A model generated the notes under the pieces. The model saw nothing but the letters and a program-made list of their open reading frames with translations, did not search any database and was not told the DNA's origin. Positions 27,601-41,465 of a stretch of DNA of 64,000 nucleotides are shown here, piece after piece. The stretch's first letter is position 1. Each line of letters opens with the position of its first letter. This DNA comes from Nemertoderma westbladi (Eukaryota; Animalia; Xenacoelomorpha), in contig JAUCBJ010005018.1 of assembly GCA_032718475.1 (NCBI GenBank), forward strand, positions 9,613 to 73,612, in the 5' to 3' direction. The position numbers and the translations under genes were made by a program.

Positions 27601-30600
27601 GAACGCACGGAGCGATAGGTAGAGTTTATTATGAGTTATACAAAGAGGAACGCACGGAGCGATAGGTAGAGTTTATTATGAATTATACAAAGAGGAACGC
27701 ACGGAGCGATAGGTAGAGTTTATTATGAATTATACAAAGAGGAACGCACGGAGCGATAGGTAGAGTTTATTATGAGTTATACAAAGAGGAACGCACGGAG
27801 CGATAGGTAGAGTTTATTATGAGTTATACAAAGAGGAACGCACGGAGCGATAGGTAGAGTTTATTATGAGTTATACAAAGAGGATCGCACGGAGCGATAG
27901 GTAGAGTTTATTATGAGTTATACAAAGAGGATCTCATGGAGCAATAGGTAGAGTCAACAAAGAGGAACGCACGGAGCGATAGGTAGAGTTTATTATGAGT
28001 TATACAAAGAGGATCTCATGGAGCAATAGGTAGAGTCAACAAAGAGGAACGCACGGAGCGATAGGTAGAGTTTATTATGAGTTATACAAAGAGGAACGCA
28101 CGGAGCGATAGGTAGAGTTTATTATGAGTTATACAAAGAGGATCGCACGGAGCGATAGGTAGAGTTTATTATGAGTTATACAAAGAGGATCTCATGGAGC
28201 AATAGGTAGAGTCAACAAAGAGGAACGCACGGAGCGATAGGTAGAGTTTATTATGAGTTATACAAAGAGGAACGCACGGAGCGATAGGTAGAGTTTATTA
28301 TGAGTTATACAAAGAGGAACGCACGGAGCGATAGGTAGAGTTTATTATGAGTTATACAAAGAGGATCGCACGGAGCGATAGGTAGAGTTTATTATGAGTT
28401 ATACAAAGAGGATCTCATGGAGCAATAGGTAGAGTCAACAAAGAGGAACGCACGGAGCGATAGGTAGAGTTTATTATGAGTTATACAAAGAGGATCGCAC
28501 GGAGCGATAGGTAGAGTTTATTATGAATTATACAAAGAGGAACGCACGGAGCGATAGGTAGAGTTTATTATGAGTTATACAAAGAGGAACGCACGGAGCG
28601 ATAGGTAGAGTTTATTATGAATTATACAAAGAGGAACGCACGGAGCGATAGGTAGAGTTTATTATGAGTTATACAAAGAGGATCGCACGGAGCGATAGGT
28701 AGAGTTTATTATGAATTATACAAAGAGGAACGCACGGAGCGATAGGTAGAGTTTATTATGAGTTATACAAAGAGGAACGCACGGAGCGATAGGTAGAGTT
28801 TATTATGAATTATACAAAGAGGATCGCACGGAGCGATAGGTAGAGTTTATTATGAATTATACAAAGAGGAACGCACGGAGCGATAGGTAGAGTTTATTAT
28901 GAGTTATACAAAGAGGATCGCACGGAGCGATAGGTAGAGTTTATTATGAATTATACAAAGAGGAACGCACGGAGCGATAGGTAGAGTTTATTATGAGTTA
29001 TACAAAGAGGATCGCATGGAGCGATAGGTAGAGTTTATTATGAGTTATACAAAGAGGAACGCACGGAGCGATAGGTAGAATTTATTATGAGTTATACAAA
29101 GAGGAACGCACGGAGCGATAGGTAGAGTTTATTATGAGTTATACAAAGAGGATCGCATGGAGCGATAGGTAGAGTTTATTATGAGTTATACAAAGAGGAT
29201 CGCACGGAGCGATAGGTAGAGTTTATTATGAGTTATACAAAGAGGATCGCACGGAGCGATAGGTAGAGTTTATTATGAGTTATACAAAGAGGAACGCACG
29301 GAGCGATAGGTAGAGTTTATTATGAGTTATACAAAGAGGAACGCACGGAGCGATAGGTAGAGTCAACAAAGAGGAACGCACGGAGCGATAGGTAGAGTCA
29401 ACAAAGAGGAACGCACGGAGCGATAGGTAGAGTTTATTATGAATTATACAAAGAGGAACGCACGGAGCGATAGGTAGAGTCAACAAAGAGGAACGCACGG
29501 AGCGATAGGTAGAGTTTATTATGAATTATACAAAGAGGAACGCACGGAGCGATAGGTAGAGTCAACAAAGAGGAACGCACGGAGCGATAGGTAGAGTTTA
29601 TTATGAATTATACAAAGAGGATCGCACGGAGCGATAGGTAGAGTTTATTATGAGTTATACAAAGAGGAACGCACGGAGCGATAGGTAGAGTTTATTATGA
29701 ATTATACAAAGAGGAACGCACGGAGCGATAGGTAGAGTTTATTATGAGTTATACAAAGAGGATCGCACGGAGCGATAGGTAGAGTTTATTATGAATTATA
29801 CAAAGAGGAACGCACGGAGCGATAGGTAGAGTTTATTATGAGTTATACAAAGAGGATCGCACGGAGCGATAGGTAGAGTCAACAAAGAGGAACGCACGGA
29901 GCGATAGGTAGAGTCAACAAAGAGGAACGCACGGAGCGATAGGTAGAGTTTATTATGAGTTATACAAAGAGGATCGCACGGAGCGATAGGTAGAGTCAAC
30001 AAAGAGGAACGCACGGAGCGATAGGTAGAGTTTATTATGAATTATACAAAGAGGAACGCACGGAGCGATAGGTAGAGTCAACAAAGAGGAACGCACGGAG
30101 CGATAGGTAGAGTCAACAAAGAGGAACGCACGGAGCGATAGGTAGAGTTTATTATGAATTATACAAAGAGGAACGCACGGAGCGATAGGTAGAGTCAACA
30201 AAGAGGAACGCACGGAGCGATAGGTAGAGTTTATTATGAATTATACAAAGAGGATCGCACGGAGCGATAGGTAGAGTTTATTATGAGTTATACAAAGAGG
30301 AACGCACGGAGCGATAGGTAGAGTTTATTATGAATTATACAAAGAGGAACGCACGGAGCGATAGGTAGAGTTTATTATGAGTTATACAAAGAGGATCGCA
30401 CGGAGCGATAGGTAGAGTTTATTATGAATTATACAAAGAGGAACGCACGGAGCGATAGGTAGAGTTTATTATGAGTTATACAAAGAGGATCGCACGGAGC
30501 GATAGGTAGAGTCAACAAAGAGGAACGCACGGAGCGATAGGTAGAGTCAACAAAGAGGAACGCACGGAGCGATAGGTAGAGTTTATTATGAGTTATACAA

Positions 30601-31626
30601 AGAGGATCGCACGGAGCGATAGGTAGAGTCAACAAAGAGGAACGCACGGAGCGATAGGTAGAGTTTATTATGAGTTATACAAAGAGGATCGCACGGAGCG
30701 ATAGGTAGAGTCAACAAAGAGGAACGCACGGAGCGATAGGTAGAGTCAACAAAGAGGAACGCACGGAGCGATAGGTAGAGTTTATTATGAGTTATACAAA
30801 GAGGATCGCACGGAGCGATAGGTAGAGTTTATTATGAATTATACAAAGAGGAACGCACGGAGCGATAGGTAGAGTCAACAAAGAGGAACGCACGGAGCGA
30901 TAGGTAGAGTTTATTATGAGTTATACAAAGAGGATCGCACGGAGCGATAGGTAGAGTCAACAAAGAGGAACGCACGGAGCGATAGGTAGAGTTTATTATG
31001 AGTTATACAAAGAGGATCGCACGGAGCGATAGGTAGAGTCAACAAAGAGGAACGCACGGAGCGATAGGTAGAGTCAACAAAGAGGAACGCACGGAGCGAT
31101 AGGTAGAGTTTATTATGAGTTATACAAAGAGGATCGCACGGAGCGATAGGTAGAGTTTATTATGAATTATACAAAGAGGAACGCACGGAGCGATAGGTAG
31201 AGTCAACAAAGAGGAACGCACGGAGCGATAGGTAGAGTTTATTATGAGTTATACAAAGAGGATCGCACGGAGCGATAGGTAGAGTTTATTATGAGTTATA
31301 CAAAGAGGAACGCACGGAGCGATAGGTAGAGTTTATTATGAGTTATACAAAGAGGATCGCACGGAGCGATAGGTAGAGTTTATTATGAGTTATACAAAGA
31401 GGATCGCACGGAGCGATAGGTAGAGTTTATTATGAGTTATACAAAGAGGATCGCACGGAGCGATAGGTAGAGTTTATTATGAGTTATACAAAGAGGATCG
31501 CATGGAGCGATAGGTAGAGTCAACAAAGAGGAACGCACGGAGCGATAGGTAGAGTCAACAAAGAGGAACGCACGGAGCGATAGGTAGAGTCAACAAAGAG
31601 GAACGCACAGAGCGATAGGTAGAGTT
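12612..31626. repeat. ~19-kb satellite array of interleaved 35-bp and 47-bp units
   Basis: 33-bp core ACAAAGAGGAWCGCAYGGAGCGATAGGTAGAGT followed by either CA (35 bp) or TTATTATGARTTAT (47 bp). 37-bp variants occur at the left edge. Confidence 0.98.
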
Positions 31627-32710
31627 TTTGAAGTGGATGATGAGAAGTTGAATATAAATGTCAATCGCATCTTTCGACAAATTAAAGAGTTGGTAATATA
31701 CCAGAATGGCTTCTTGGTTAGTTGAAATTTAATATAAACAAACGACTACTACAAACTTTATACAAACCTACAATATGTAGAAAGCCAACATCTCTCATAA
31801 AATTTCAACAAAAAATATAACAAAAAAAAGCAAAGCTGTAATTTGAAAGTCTGAATGTCTCCATAGACGGATGTGTTTTCTAAAATTTTTATAAGATTCA
31901 ATATGATAGATGACAGATGGGTGATGATAGATGAATATCACTTGTGTGCATCGGACCTTACAGTAAGTTTTATATTAGAGATGAGAGAATGTACAACAAT
32001 CCATAATAAAAGGATGTAAGCCTAAACAAGGTTGTATGTCGTATAATATAGTAAGTATGTGCAATGTGCTGTGCATGCACAATGGATCTTGTGTTTAATA
32101 TAATTATTTATTAATCCGACAGATAGGTACGTACAAAGCGGAGTTTAAATTATATTATAGAAATAATATAGAGACATAAAACTGATTAAATCCTTCAGTA
32201 AGTATATAACTCTTAAAATCATAAAAAATTCATAAACTCAAATTATATGAATAAAATGATAGGCAGAGTACATAAGAAAAGTGAGCCGACAGTACTTAAC
32301 AACTGGAGGAGTGAGTGATATCCACTGCAAGTTGGTTATAGAGACAAAGAGCGCTCCACTCTTCCCGCTAATGTTAGAGTCTCTGCAGATCGAATGTAGC
32401 AGATGAAGGCGCGATATTTTTACTCGCAATGTTTTTAAATATAACCCATTAAGGGTTCTCTAATGCATATAATATTCGAGTTGTAGACAAGTATTTTATT
32501 AATTCTACACCAAAGTAATATAATAAAAACCCATGACTTTGATCACAAACTAAACACATATATAGGATTCCCAGCTTTGAAGCTGATTTTATGGTAGTTA
32601 GTTACAAATTCAGTATTTACACAAATGCACTACGCTAACCTAAAACTACCATAAAATAAAATTAGTTAAAGTATAAATAACTTCATGGTAAAACGAGAAC
32701 GTCGTCTCTA

Positions 32711-34710
32711 TTGGGACATCGGTTTCGCGATTATCCCCAGTCTATGCTATGGGACACTTGTTTCGCGATTATCCCCAGTCTATGCTATGGGACATCGGTT
32801 TCGCGATTATCCCCAGTCTATGCTATGGTACACCTTTTTCGCGATTATCCCCAGTCTATGCTATGGGACACCGGTTTCGCGATTATCCCCAGTCTATGCT
32901 ATGGTACACGTGTTTCGCGATTATCACCAGTCTATGCTATGGGACACTGGTTTCGCGATTATCCCTAGTCTATGCTATGGGACACCTGTATCGCTATTAT
33001 CCCCAGTCTATGCTATGGGACACCGGTTTCGCGATTATCCCCAGTCTATGCTATGGTACACCTGTTTCGCGATTATCCCCAGTCTATGCTATGGGACACC
33101 GGTTTCGCGATTATCACCAGTCTTTGCAAAGGGACACTGATTTCGCGATTATTCCCAGTCTATGCTATGGGACACCGATTTCGCGATTATCCCCAGTCTA
33201 TGCTCTGGGACACTGGTTTCGCGATTATCCCTAGTCTATGCTATGGGACACCTGTTTCGCGATTATCCCCAGTCTATGCTATGGGACACCGGTTTCGCGA
33301 TTATCCCCAGTCTATGCTATGGTACACCTTTTTCGCGATTATCCCCAGGCTATGCTATGGGACACCGGTTTCGCGATTATCCCCAGTCTATGCTATGGGA
33401 CAACGGTTTCGCGATTATCCCCAGTCTATGCTATGGTACACCTTTTTCGCGATTATCCCAGGCTATGCTATGGGACACCGGTTTCGCGATTATCCGTCGT
33501 CTATGCTATGGGACACCTGTATCTCTATTATCCCCAGTCTATGCTATGGGACACCGGTTTCGCGATTATCCCCAGTCTATGCTATGGTACACCTGTTTCG
33601 CGATTATCCCCAGTCTATGCTATGGGACACCGGTTTCGCGATTATCACCAGTCTTTGCAAAGGGACACTGATTTCGCGATTATTCCCAGTCTATGCTATG
33701 GGACACCGATTTCGCGATTATCCCCAGTCTATGCTCTGGGACACTGGTTTCGCGATTATCCCTAGTCTATGCTATGGGACACCTGTTTCGCGATTATCCC
33801 CAGTCTATGCTATGGGACACCGGTTTCGCGATTATCCCCAGTCTATGCTATGGTACACCTTTTTCGCGATTATCCCCAGGCTATGCTATGGGACACCGGT
33901 TTCGCGATTATCCCCAGTCTATGCTATGGGACAACGGTTTCGCGATTATCCCCAGTCTATGCTATGGTACACCTTTTTCGCGATTATCCCCAGGCTATGC
34001 TATGGGACACCGGTTTCGCGATTATCCCCAGTCTATGCTATGGTACACCTTTTTCGCGATTATCCCCAGGCTATGCTATGGGACACCGGTTTTGCGATTA
34101 TCCCCAGTCTATGCTATGGGACACCGGTTTCGCGATTATCCCCAGTCTATGTTATGGTACACCTTTTTCGCGATTATCCCCAGGCTATGCTATGGGACAC
34201 CGGTTTTGCGATTATCCCCAGTCTATGCTATGGGACACCGGTTTCGCGATTATCCCCAGTCTATGCTATGGGACAACGGTTTCGCGATTATCCCCAGTCT
34301 ATGCTATGGTACACCTTTTTCGCGATTATCCCCAGGCTATGTTATGGTACACCTTTTTCGCGATTATCCCCAGGCTATGCTATGGGACACCGGTTTTGCG
34401 ATTATCCCCAGTCTATGCTATGGGACACCGGTTTTGCGATTATCCCCAGTCTATGCTATGGGACACCGGTTTCGCGATTATCCCCAGTCTATGCTATGGG
34501 ACAACGGTTTCGCGATTATCCCCAGTCTATGTTATGGTACACCTTTTTCGCGATTATCCCCAGTCTATGCTATGGGACAACGGTTTCGCGATTATCCCCA
34601 GTCTATGCTATGGTACACCTTTTTCGCGATTATCCCCAGGCTATGCTATGGGACAACGGTTTCGCGATTATCCCCAGTCTATGCTACGGGACACTAGTTT
34701 CGCGATTACC
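32711..34710. repeat. 38-bp minisatellite (GGGACACCGGTTTCGCGATTATCCCCAGTCTATGCTAT), ~52 units
   Basis: Direct periodicity, with a 531-bp higher-order duplication (33162 vs 33693). Confidence 0.97.
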
Positions 34711-35453
34711 TTTGCTTTACCACCACCGGGCCACAGTTTTAATCGTCAGCCTCGTCCCTGATATCTAACAATTATCATCCTTAAGTTGTCTTTAATTTAT
34801 TGTTAACTCCATCATAACCATCATTTTCGAGCTCTGTTAAAATCTGGTGTATAATTGAAAATGCGGGAGAAATCCATAACCATCCCTTCATTTTCATCAT
34901 TTTTTTTCTTTTTTCCTTTTGTAATTGGGTATTTTAATTATTAATTATTATTATTTTAATTATTAATTTTTAATTAATTTTAGTAAGTTTTGCCAATTGG
35001 GGTTGAATAAGTTTTCGAAATTTGAGGTAGGCAACTAACAGTGCATGTTTCGCTTTGAAGAAGAGGGTTGGGGTTGAACCAAGGCTTCCTCTAATATTAT
35101 TTATTATTAGTATCAAAGGGCGTCTTGGGTTGAACGGTAAACAGTTGTTTCATATCTCGTTTTGTATGTTCAAAATGTGTAGTTTTGGGGGTGGGCGAGT
35201 GGGTGGTATTTATAGATACTAAATGCTATAGAAGAGGTTTGAGTAGATGGAGGGTAAATTTTGAATCTTATGAAATAGAGAAACTGGACAATTCGGATGG
35301 GCTGATAATGACGAGAACACCAGTCGTCATCCTTCGTCATCCGTCACTATGATACTATAAGCTGCAAGTTCGTGGAGGTTCAGAGATTTCTGAAAATTGA
35401 AATTAAATTGAAGTTAATTTTAATAATAAAAGTGTATGTATTACTTGAAAATA

Positions 35454-35660
35454 GATGTCCTTCAAGGGGACACATTAGCCTCCTTGCTCTTGTTTATTGT
35501 GGTGGAGCTGATGGGTGGAAATATCTCCATCATAATACAGCAGTAGCCGTTGGTCCGCTTCCGCAAAAAAACATCTATCCGATGAGAATAAGAGTTGGTT
35601 TGTGTTTAGACTGTGAAATAGTGGATAAAAGTCATTTATTAGAATATACTTGGGAAACTT
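35454..35660 (+). pseudogene. Degraded RTE-like LINE reverse transcriptase fragment
   Basis: Reads VLQGDTLASLLLFIVV (compare RT motif GVLQGDTLAP.LFI), then RVGLCL and a frameshifted YLG-like motif. Confidence 0.55.
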
Positions 35661-36149
35661 AAAAATCTCTATAATGTTCTATAATCTTTCGATGCTGTTA
35701 TTTTTGTTACTAAAGCAACTGTACAGTAAAAATAATCTAGCATAAAATGGGCATCATCCACGTTACAGCAATGGCAAATACTGAAGATGTGTTCTAGAAG
35801 GTTATTTTCTCTAAGTTATATAGTAGAGTTCCGTCATCTATATAGGACGTAAAAAGAAATTGGTACTTTACAGCATCACAAGCATTTCACTGGATCGGTG
35901 ACAAGTTGAAATAATATCACAGAAACAAAGTTTTGAATTTGGACACTTTTATTCGACATTTGAATATTTGTTCTGTACGGTACGCAATTAATTAATTAAA
36001 ATAAATACAATATATAAAATAATATTAAAATCTGAGTAGGCCCAATAAAATATACCCTTAAATAGTTATAGAGTTTTCAATATTTAACGGTTGTTCCATT
36101 AGGATCGGGTCTACCTATATCTGAATGTTATAGAGCTACCTGGATTGAC

Positions 36150-37330
36150 GAGGAAAGGTTAGGGATGCCTGGACATGAGCGATAATGATCTTTGTTTGAT
36201 GAATCAGAATGGCAGAGTCGGCAAATACAATGATCAGTTGGACGCCAACAGTTGTTTGAAACACAAAGGTGGTGATGGTATCCTTTGGATACCAATTAGG
36301 CTGCCGAGCGACGACGGTAACTGGTCAGCTGATGCAAAGATATACCATCATCTGATAGACCATCTATGTTCGCGAGTATTGAAGAGCTTGATGCGTACTT
36401 ACTCAGTCCGCACCAGAGCTTCCAGTACTATGCGCTGGTCTTCTGAACATGATCTAGTTTATAGACTTCACTCGGATCACAGAATGTTGTGCATCTATAA
36501 CTGGCAGCAGGGAGGATAACAGACTTCCATAACTCCTTTGCCTTTGACTTTTATTGCCAACCTGATACAACGTGCAACCCCTTTTCTGTAAAGATGGTGG
36601 TAATGAATGCATGAGACGTTTTTTGTTGAGAATAGCCCAACCTTCAAGCGCTTGTCTTTGCCATATGCTGAGAGTTTGTCCAAGCTGGCCTGAACTGCAT
36701 CGATCGATTCTCCTGCAATTCCAGGTCATCCGCGTACATTAGTAGGAGACATGGCTGCCACGTCTACCAGAGCTGGGAGGTCAGCCACAAACAAGGCGAA
36801 AAGGGTTGGCGAGAGTCTGTCACCCTGAACCACGCCGACTGTCTGCTATGGGGTCCAGGATATAAGATCCAACACACAGACAGACAACATTTATTGTGAT
36901 TAATGCCCATATTGCACAGATAAATTTCTTGCTAACACCTAACAAAGTTAGTTTTAGACTTAGAATGGACCTGTCAACAGAGTCAAAAGCTTTGGTTAAG
37001 TCTATAAATACGCAATAAAGGTGATATGAAGGTGTATAATTTTAGAACACATGATAGGATAGCTATTCCTCGATAACAGTCTGGGGATGATTTCGAACCG
37101 TTACCCTTATACAAAAGCGCCAAGTAGGAGTTTAGCCAAATAAGTGGGCATACAGCAGCAGAGAAGCAGAAATTGAATAAAATTAATAAATATGGTAATA
37201 GTTGAATTAGATCACTCTTTAAAGCCTAATTAGAGACTTGATCAGGACCAGTAGACTTCCCCGTCTTTTGGTGGTTGATCGAGTCAATTACTTCATCTGC
37301 TGAGAAAGTTTGATCGAGAACCGGTGAAGG
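36150..37330 (-). pseudogene. Non-LTR retrotransposon (LINE) reverse transcriptase remnant
   Basis: Minus-strand motifs in the correct order: KSTGPDQV (~37250), CVFIDLTKAFDSVDR (~36970-37015), GVVQGDRLSPTLFALFV (~36785-36835) and MYADDL (~36724-36741). Interrupted by stops and frameshifts. Confidence 0.88.
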
Positions 37331-38473
37331 ATGTTCAAACAAGAAACAAAGTTTTGTACCACTGGACAGAGAGCGTACTCTGTCTCACAAAGTATAAACA
37401 GTGAGCCAATGAATTAAACAGCGATTGATTAACCAGAATTACATATTCCGAGTAGCAAACTTTTGGGGAGTCCGTTCCATTCCCGCAGCTATGCATACAA
37501 TCCGCATCATAAGCTGCTGAGTAATGCAAATAAGTATATGACAAGATTGAACTCTTTAGTCCGTGCCCAGACTAATCTTGAATGTGATCTTGAACCATTG
37601 ATAGCATTCTAAGGATTAAATAACTAAATACTGTACAGTAGTAGGTTATATTCACGATTTGTATGCCCCACACATCCACGGCAAGGTAATCCATTGTTTG
37701 ATTATCTTCACAGGTACATAATCTGATTCCTATCGGTTTTCCTTTGGAATAGAATATATTAGAATAAATCGATGGAAGATAAGAAAACTTACAAAAACTA
37801 CTTACAATTATCGAATAAGAATATTTTGTTCACAAAGGTGAATAACACTAGCACGATTCAACACATATAACTTTACTCTCGTTTATCCCAGAGCGGTGGC
37901 CCGGTAATTCGTGAACATTGCATTGGCGATCCCTGTCAGCCATGGTCTATCCCGGTCAGATTGACTGGACTTATAGCACAAGGAAATGAGGTCTAAAACA
38001 CTCAACCTAAAAGCAAAAATCGGACACTGTAATTGTACATCATTTTAATTAAGGAATTATAAATCCACTCAAAATTAAAATATTACAATAGGTACATATG
38101 ATGTTTTTTTATTATTCTGAAAGCCCAGTTATTGCCAAGTACTTCAGAACAGATCGAATTGTGAGACTGGCCTAAAATCTATGATATACAATATTATTGT
38201 CGAGGGTCAAGGTGGAGTTTCACTTTCTTTAGTGGTGATACCACCACAGTACATACAGTCTAATAAATTCGCAAGTCTCCAGATAAAGGTGAAATTTATA
38301 CAAACCAATGGTTAGAGGCTTTTGCTCCGCGCATAACGCAGTTCAACGATGAGCGGACAATAAGCCCACTCACATAATGTTGAAATATTTATACAGTACG
38401 GTTTTTATATAAATATAATTTGTCATTGTACTTTCAAAGTTAGGTCTTTTAAACTTCATTTTGTTATTTACAG

Positions 38474-39283
38474 ATGTCGAAACTCCTGGCTGTCATCGCT
38501 ATTGTGAGTAGTTTCCTGTTGTCGCCGGTCATTTGGTACAATATTTTTCCAGACCTGGCTAACGAGTTCGTTCTGGGGGACTTTATTCTGATATTGGTGC
38601 TCATGTTCATGATAGCCACGGTGTACTCACTCATCGGATGTCACATACACCGGAACGCCAAGTCCCGGACTCAAATGCTCGGCGGAAAACAACAGCATTC
38701 CACCCCGAAACGAAAGGAGGAAAAGACAAGAAATTATGACACTCCCAGAGAAAATAGGGAAGAATTACTACCTGATTCGGAAGAAAAAGAAATTCATTCG
38801 GAATCTCCTAAACCTAAAAACGGACTTCTTAGAAAGGCAACGTTGAGAACAGTAAACAGTAGTTTTAGTTCCACCAATAAAACTACAAAATCGCACCACA
38901 CTAAGTCAGATTTAAAGGCGATGGTATCTGTGGCTGTTGTTACCTCTGTTTATATTATAATAATCCTACCCAACGGAATAATCATGATCGCGGACAAGTT
39001 GTACGCGGTTGAGGGAGGTTTGTGTCTTGGTAACGGGGTTCCCGTCTTTATCACCTGCGCGATATTTATCGAGATTCGAACCTTAGCCCCTCTTGTCAAC
39101 CCGGTTATCCTCTTGGCAACGTCGGCCAAGTTTCGCCAGGACTCGTGGCGTCTGTGGGACCGATTTAAAGACTTGGTCTGGTGCAGACCGGCCTATCAAT
39201 ACAGACCGGCGAGGTCGCGACCTCGATTGGGACAGACTCTTGTCGTTCCGACCCATTCGGCGATAGCACAAACCTCATTGTAA
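38474..39283 (+). CDS. Terminal coding exon of a rhodopsin-like (class A) GPCR: TM4 to TM7 and C-tail
   Basis: Splice acceptor TTGTTATTTACAG ends at 38473. The exon has four hydrophobic helices, TM5 ending ATVYSLIG, a long charged ICL3, TM6 YIIIILPNGI (CWxP position), TM7 LVNPVILL (NPxxY position) and helix 8 AKFRQD. Confidence 0.85.
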   Translation: MSKLLAVIAIVSSFLLSPVIWYNIFPDLANEFVLGDFILILVLMFMIATVYSLIGCHIHRNAKSRTQMLGGKQQHSTPKRKEEKTRNYDTPRENREELLPDSEEKEIHSESPKPKNGLLRKATLRTVNSSFSSTNKTTKSHHTKSDLKAMVSVAVVTSVYIIIILPNGIIMIADKLYAVEGGLCLGNGVPVFITCAIFIEIRTLAPLVNPVILLATSAKFRQDSWRLWDRFKDLVWCRPAYQYRPARSRPRLGQTLVVPTHSAIAQTSL

Positions 39284-39905
39284 TTTAAACTTAACAGATC
39301 CAATGGTAGAAAAATAGTGCATGAAGTCACAGAGAAATGCACCTAAACTAAATAATATCGAGATCAAGGCAAATATAATATTATAATATATTGTTAAATA
39401 TGCTCACAAACCTCATTGTTTTACACTTTTTACTATTTTATTAGAAATATTAAACTCACTTTATTCCACTTCAGTAGTTTTAACATTGTAATTTAGTAAA
39501 ACGTATTTGTACTTATTAGATAGACAGGGAGTGCATATGGTGATGATATAAACTATATGAATTGGATGTGAATTTAGGAACGCTGTATATTGTGTACACA
39601 CACATACAGTCCCGGAAGTCTCTAAGAAATATTATCAGACAAAGTGTTTCAATTTCTATTCTATTTTCTATACTAATCAATTTTATTGTGCGTTTGATTA
39701 CAAATAAACATTGTCAGTAGATATTTAGATGTACTAAATAATTACTATAAAAGCCAGCAAGCTGACTGTAAACTAAACTGCCTAATATTTAAATCGAAAT
39801 ATAAGATTAAACAAAAAGACTTAATCCGGGATAGAACCCATAGTACTTTAAAATCTTAATCGTTGAGGAGTAACGCAAAAGCAAGCAAATAGGGTCCCTT
39901 ATTAA

Positions 39906-41465
39906 CCCTCTTAGAGCCGGGGGGTCGAATCGATCCCCATTGGTGTTTGCGCTGGTGCTGTGAAAAAATGGGAAGACTTGAGCTGCTGAATTTTTGTGAT
40001 AATTTCCCCATATAGTTGCTCTACCGAGCGGACATAAACTTATAAAAAGATATACGCTCATGTCTGTCTGGCTGTCTGTCAAATGTGTCTGTCAATTTTC
40101 AAACTATGAAAAATATGGTACTTAAGTATAATGTATCTATTACTTTGCAGTGTAAGCACCCTCAATTGCTTACTTGAGATATCTTATAACGTATATATCT
40201 CTGAAATTTATAGGACGTTTATGTCTGTCAGTCTGCTTGTCTGCCTGTATGTCTGTCTGTATGTCCGTCTGTCCGTTTGTCCGCAGTCTGTCTGTTTCTC
40301 TGGTATGCTACAATTACCAATGAAATATAAAATTCATATCAGTAAAGCAAGACAATCCAAGTTCAGTATCATGATAAATGTACCCTGTCTGTCGGTCTGA
40401 CTTACTGACTGTCTGTCATTTTCTCTGCCCATTTTATATTGTATGATACAATTATCAATGAAATATAAAATTCTTACAAGTAAATCACGACTATTCAAGG
40501 ATAAATTGTATAAATTGCATAACGTTGCATATGACGCACAAATAAGAAATGATGTGTTATACAACTATGGTAACATATCATTGCCAATACCCAGTATCAT
40601 CCTGCAGAGACACCGCCTGACAATGCTTGCTGGGCACAGTTTCCACCGGCAGGATCAACCTGTGCACAACCTTGTGCTGTGGTATCCGACTGGTGAGAAT
40701 AGAAGTGGTGGACGGCAAATTAATTTCTATCTGTCTGTCTGTGTGTCTGTCTGTCTGTCAGTCTGTCTGTTTGTCGGTCTGCCTTTCCATTTTAGTCAAG
40801 TACATTTATCTACTAAATTGCAGTATAAGAACACACAATTGTTTCAAACAGACATTTGATGACGTCTGTGGTATCTGTAATTTATTGTATGTCTGTCTCT
40901 TTGTCAGTATGTCTGTTTGTCGGTCTGTCTGTTCATTATATAAGGTAAATACTACACTCATCAACAAATATAAAATTCATATAAATAAATCAATAATATC
41001 TAATTATTGAAATTATATTGTGTTTGTTTCCAAAATTATATAGAACTTTACAAGCATTACTGTAATTCTAATTGACAGACAAGCAGACAGACAGTCGGAA
41101 AGACAGACAAAGTTGTACAGACCTACAGACTGGCAGACCAGAGCGTCATACGTTGGTAAAGAAACCATTATCTACCTAGTGTGAGTACGTTGTTGAATGA
41201 AACTAAGCCATGATAAAATATTTTTGTATTGTATGTACATCCAAAAGAACAGACAACAGACAGACAGCCAGAACTCACGAACCGACAGTAACTAAGTTTT
41301 ACCACTTCACCAACTTGTAGAGGAGATTTCATAGTATATATGTACCAAATTTCAAGAAGGCAGACCAAAACGGGGCCGAGATATAAAGGGGGGGGGGGGG
41401 GGTCGCATCGACCCCCCCCCCCCCCGGTCCTTAGCGGGGGTAAAAAACGCCCGGCCCTAAAAGGG
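39906..41465. mobile_element. Non-autonomous piggyBac-type DNA transposon, 1560 bp
   Basis: TTAA at 39902-39905 and 41466-41469. TIRs CCCTCTTAGAGCCGGG / CCCGGCCCTAAAAGGG match 14/16. Subterminal GGGGTCG-ATCGA-CCCC palindromes at both ends, internal degenerate (TCTG)n tracts, no transposase. Confidence 0.85.
40510..40730 (+). pseudogene. RTE-like LINE C-terminal fragment nested in the piggyBac-type element
   Basis: NDVLY..G..LP...IILQRHRLTMLAGHSFHRQDQPVHNLVLWYPTGENRSGGR matches the RTE tail RRL.FAGH..R......LVLW.P..G.R..GRP. Confidence 0.7.

Noticed and set aside
12612-31626. CRISPR-like array (33-bp constant repeat with linkers)
   Set aside because: There are only two linker types, no unique spacers and no cas genes, and the context is eukaryotic. 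It is satellite DNA.
32685-34768. 598-aa and overlapping repeat ORFs
   Set aside because: The 38-bp unit is not a multiple of 3 and all frames give the same peptide cycle, so there is no sign of coding constraint.
37079-37100. Reverse-complement resemblance to the 38-bp minisatellite unit
   Set aside because: Only a short gapped match inside the LINE RT remnant; chance cannot be excluded.
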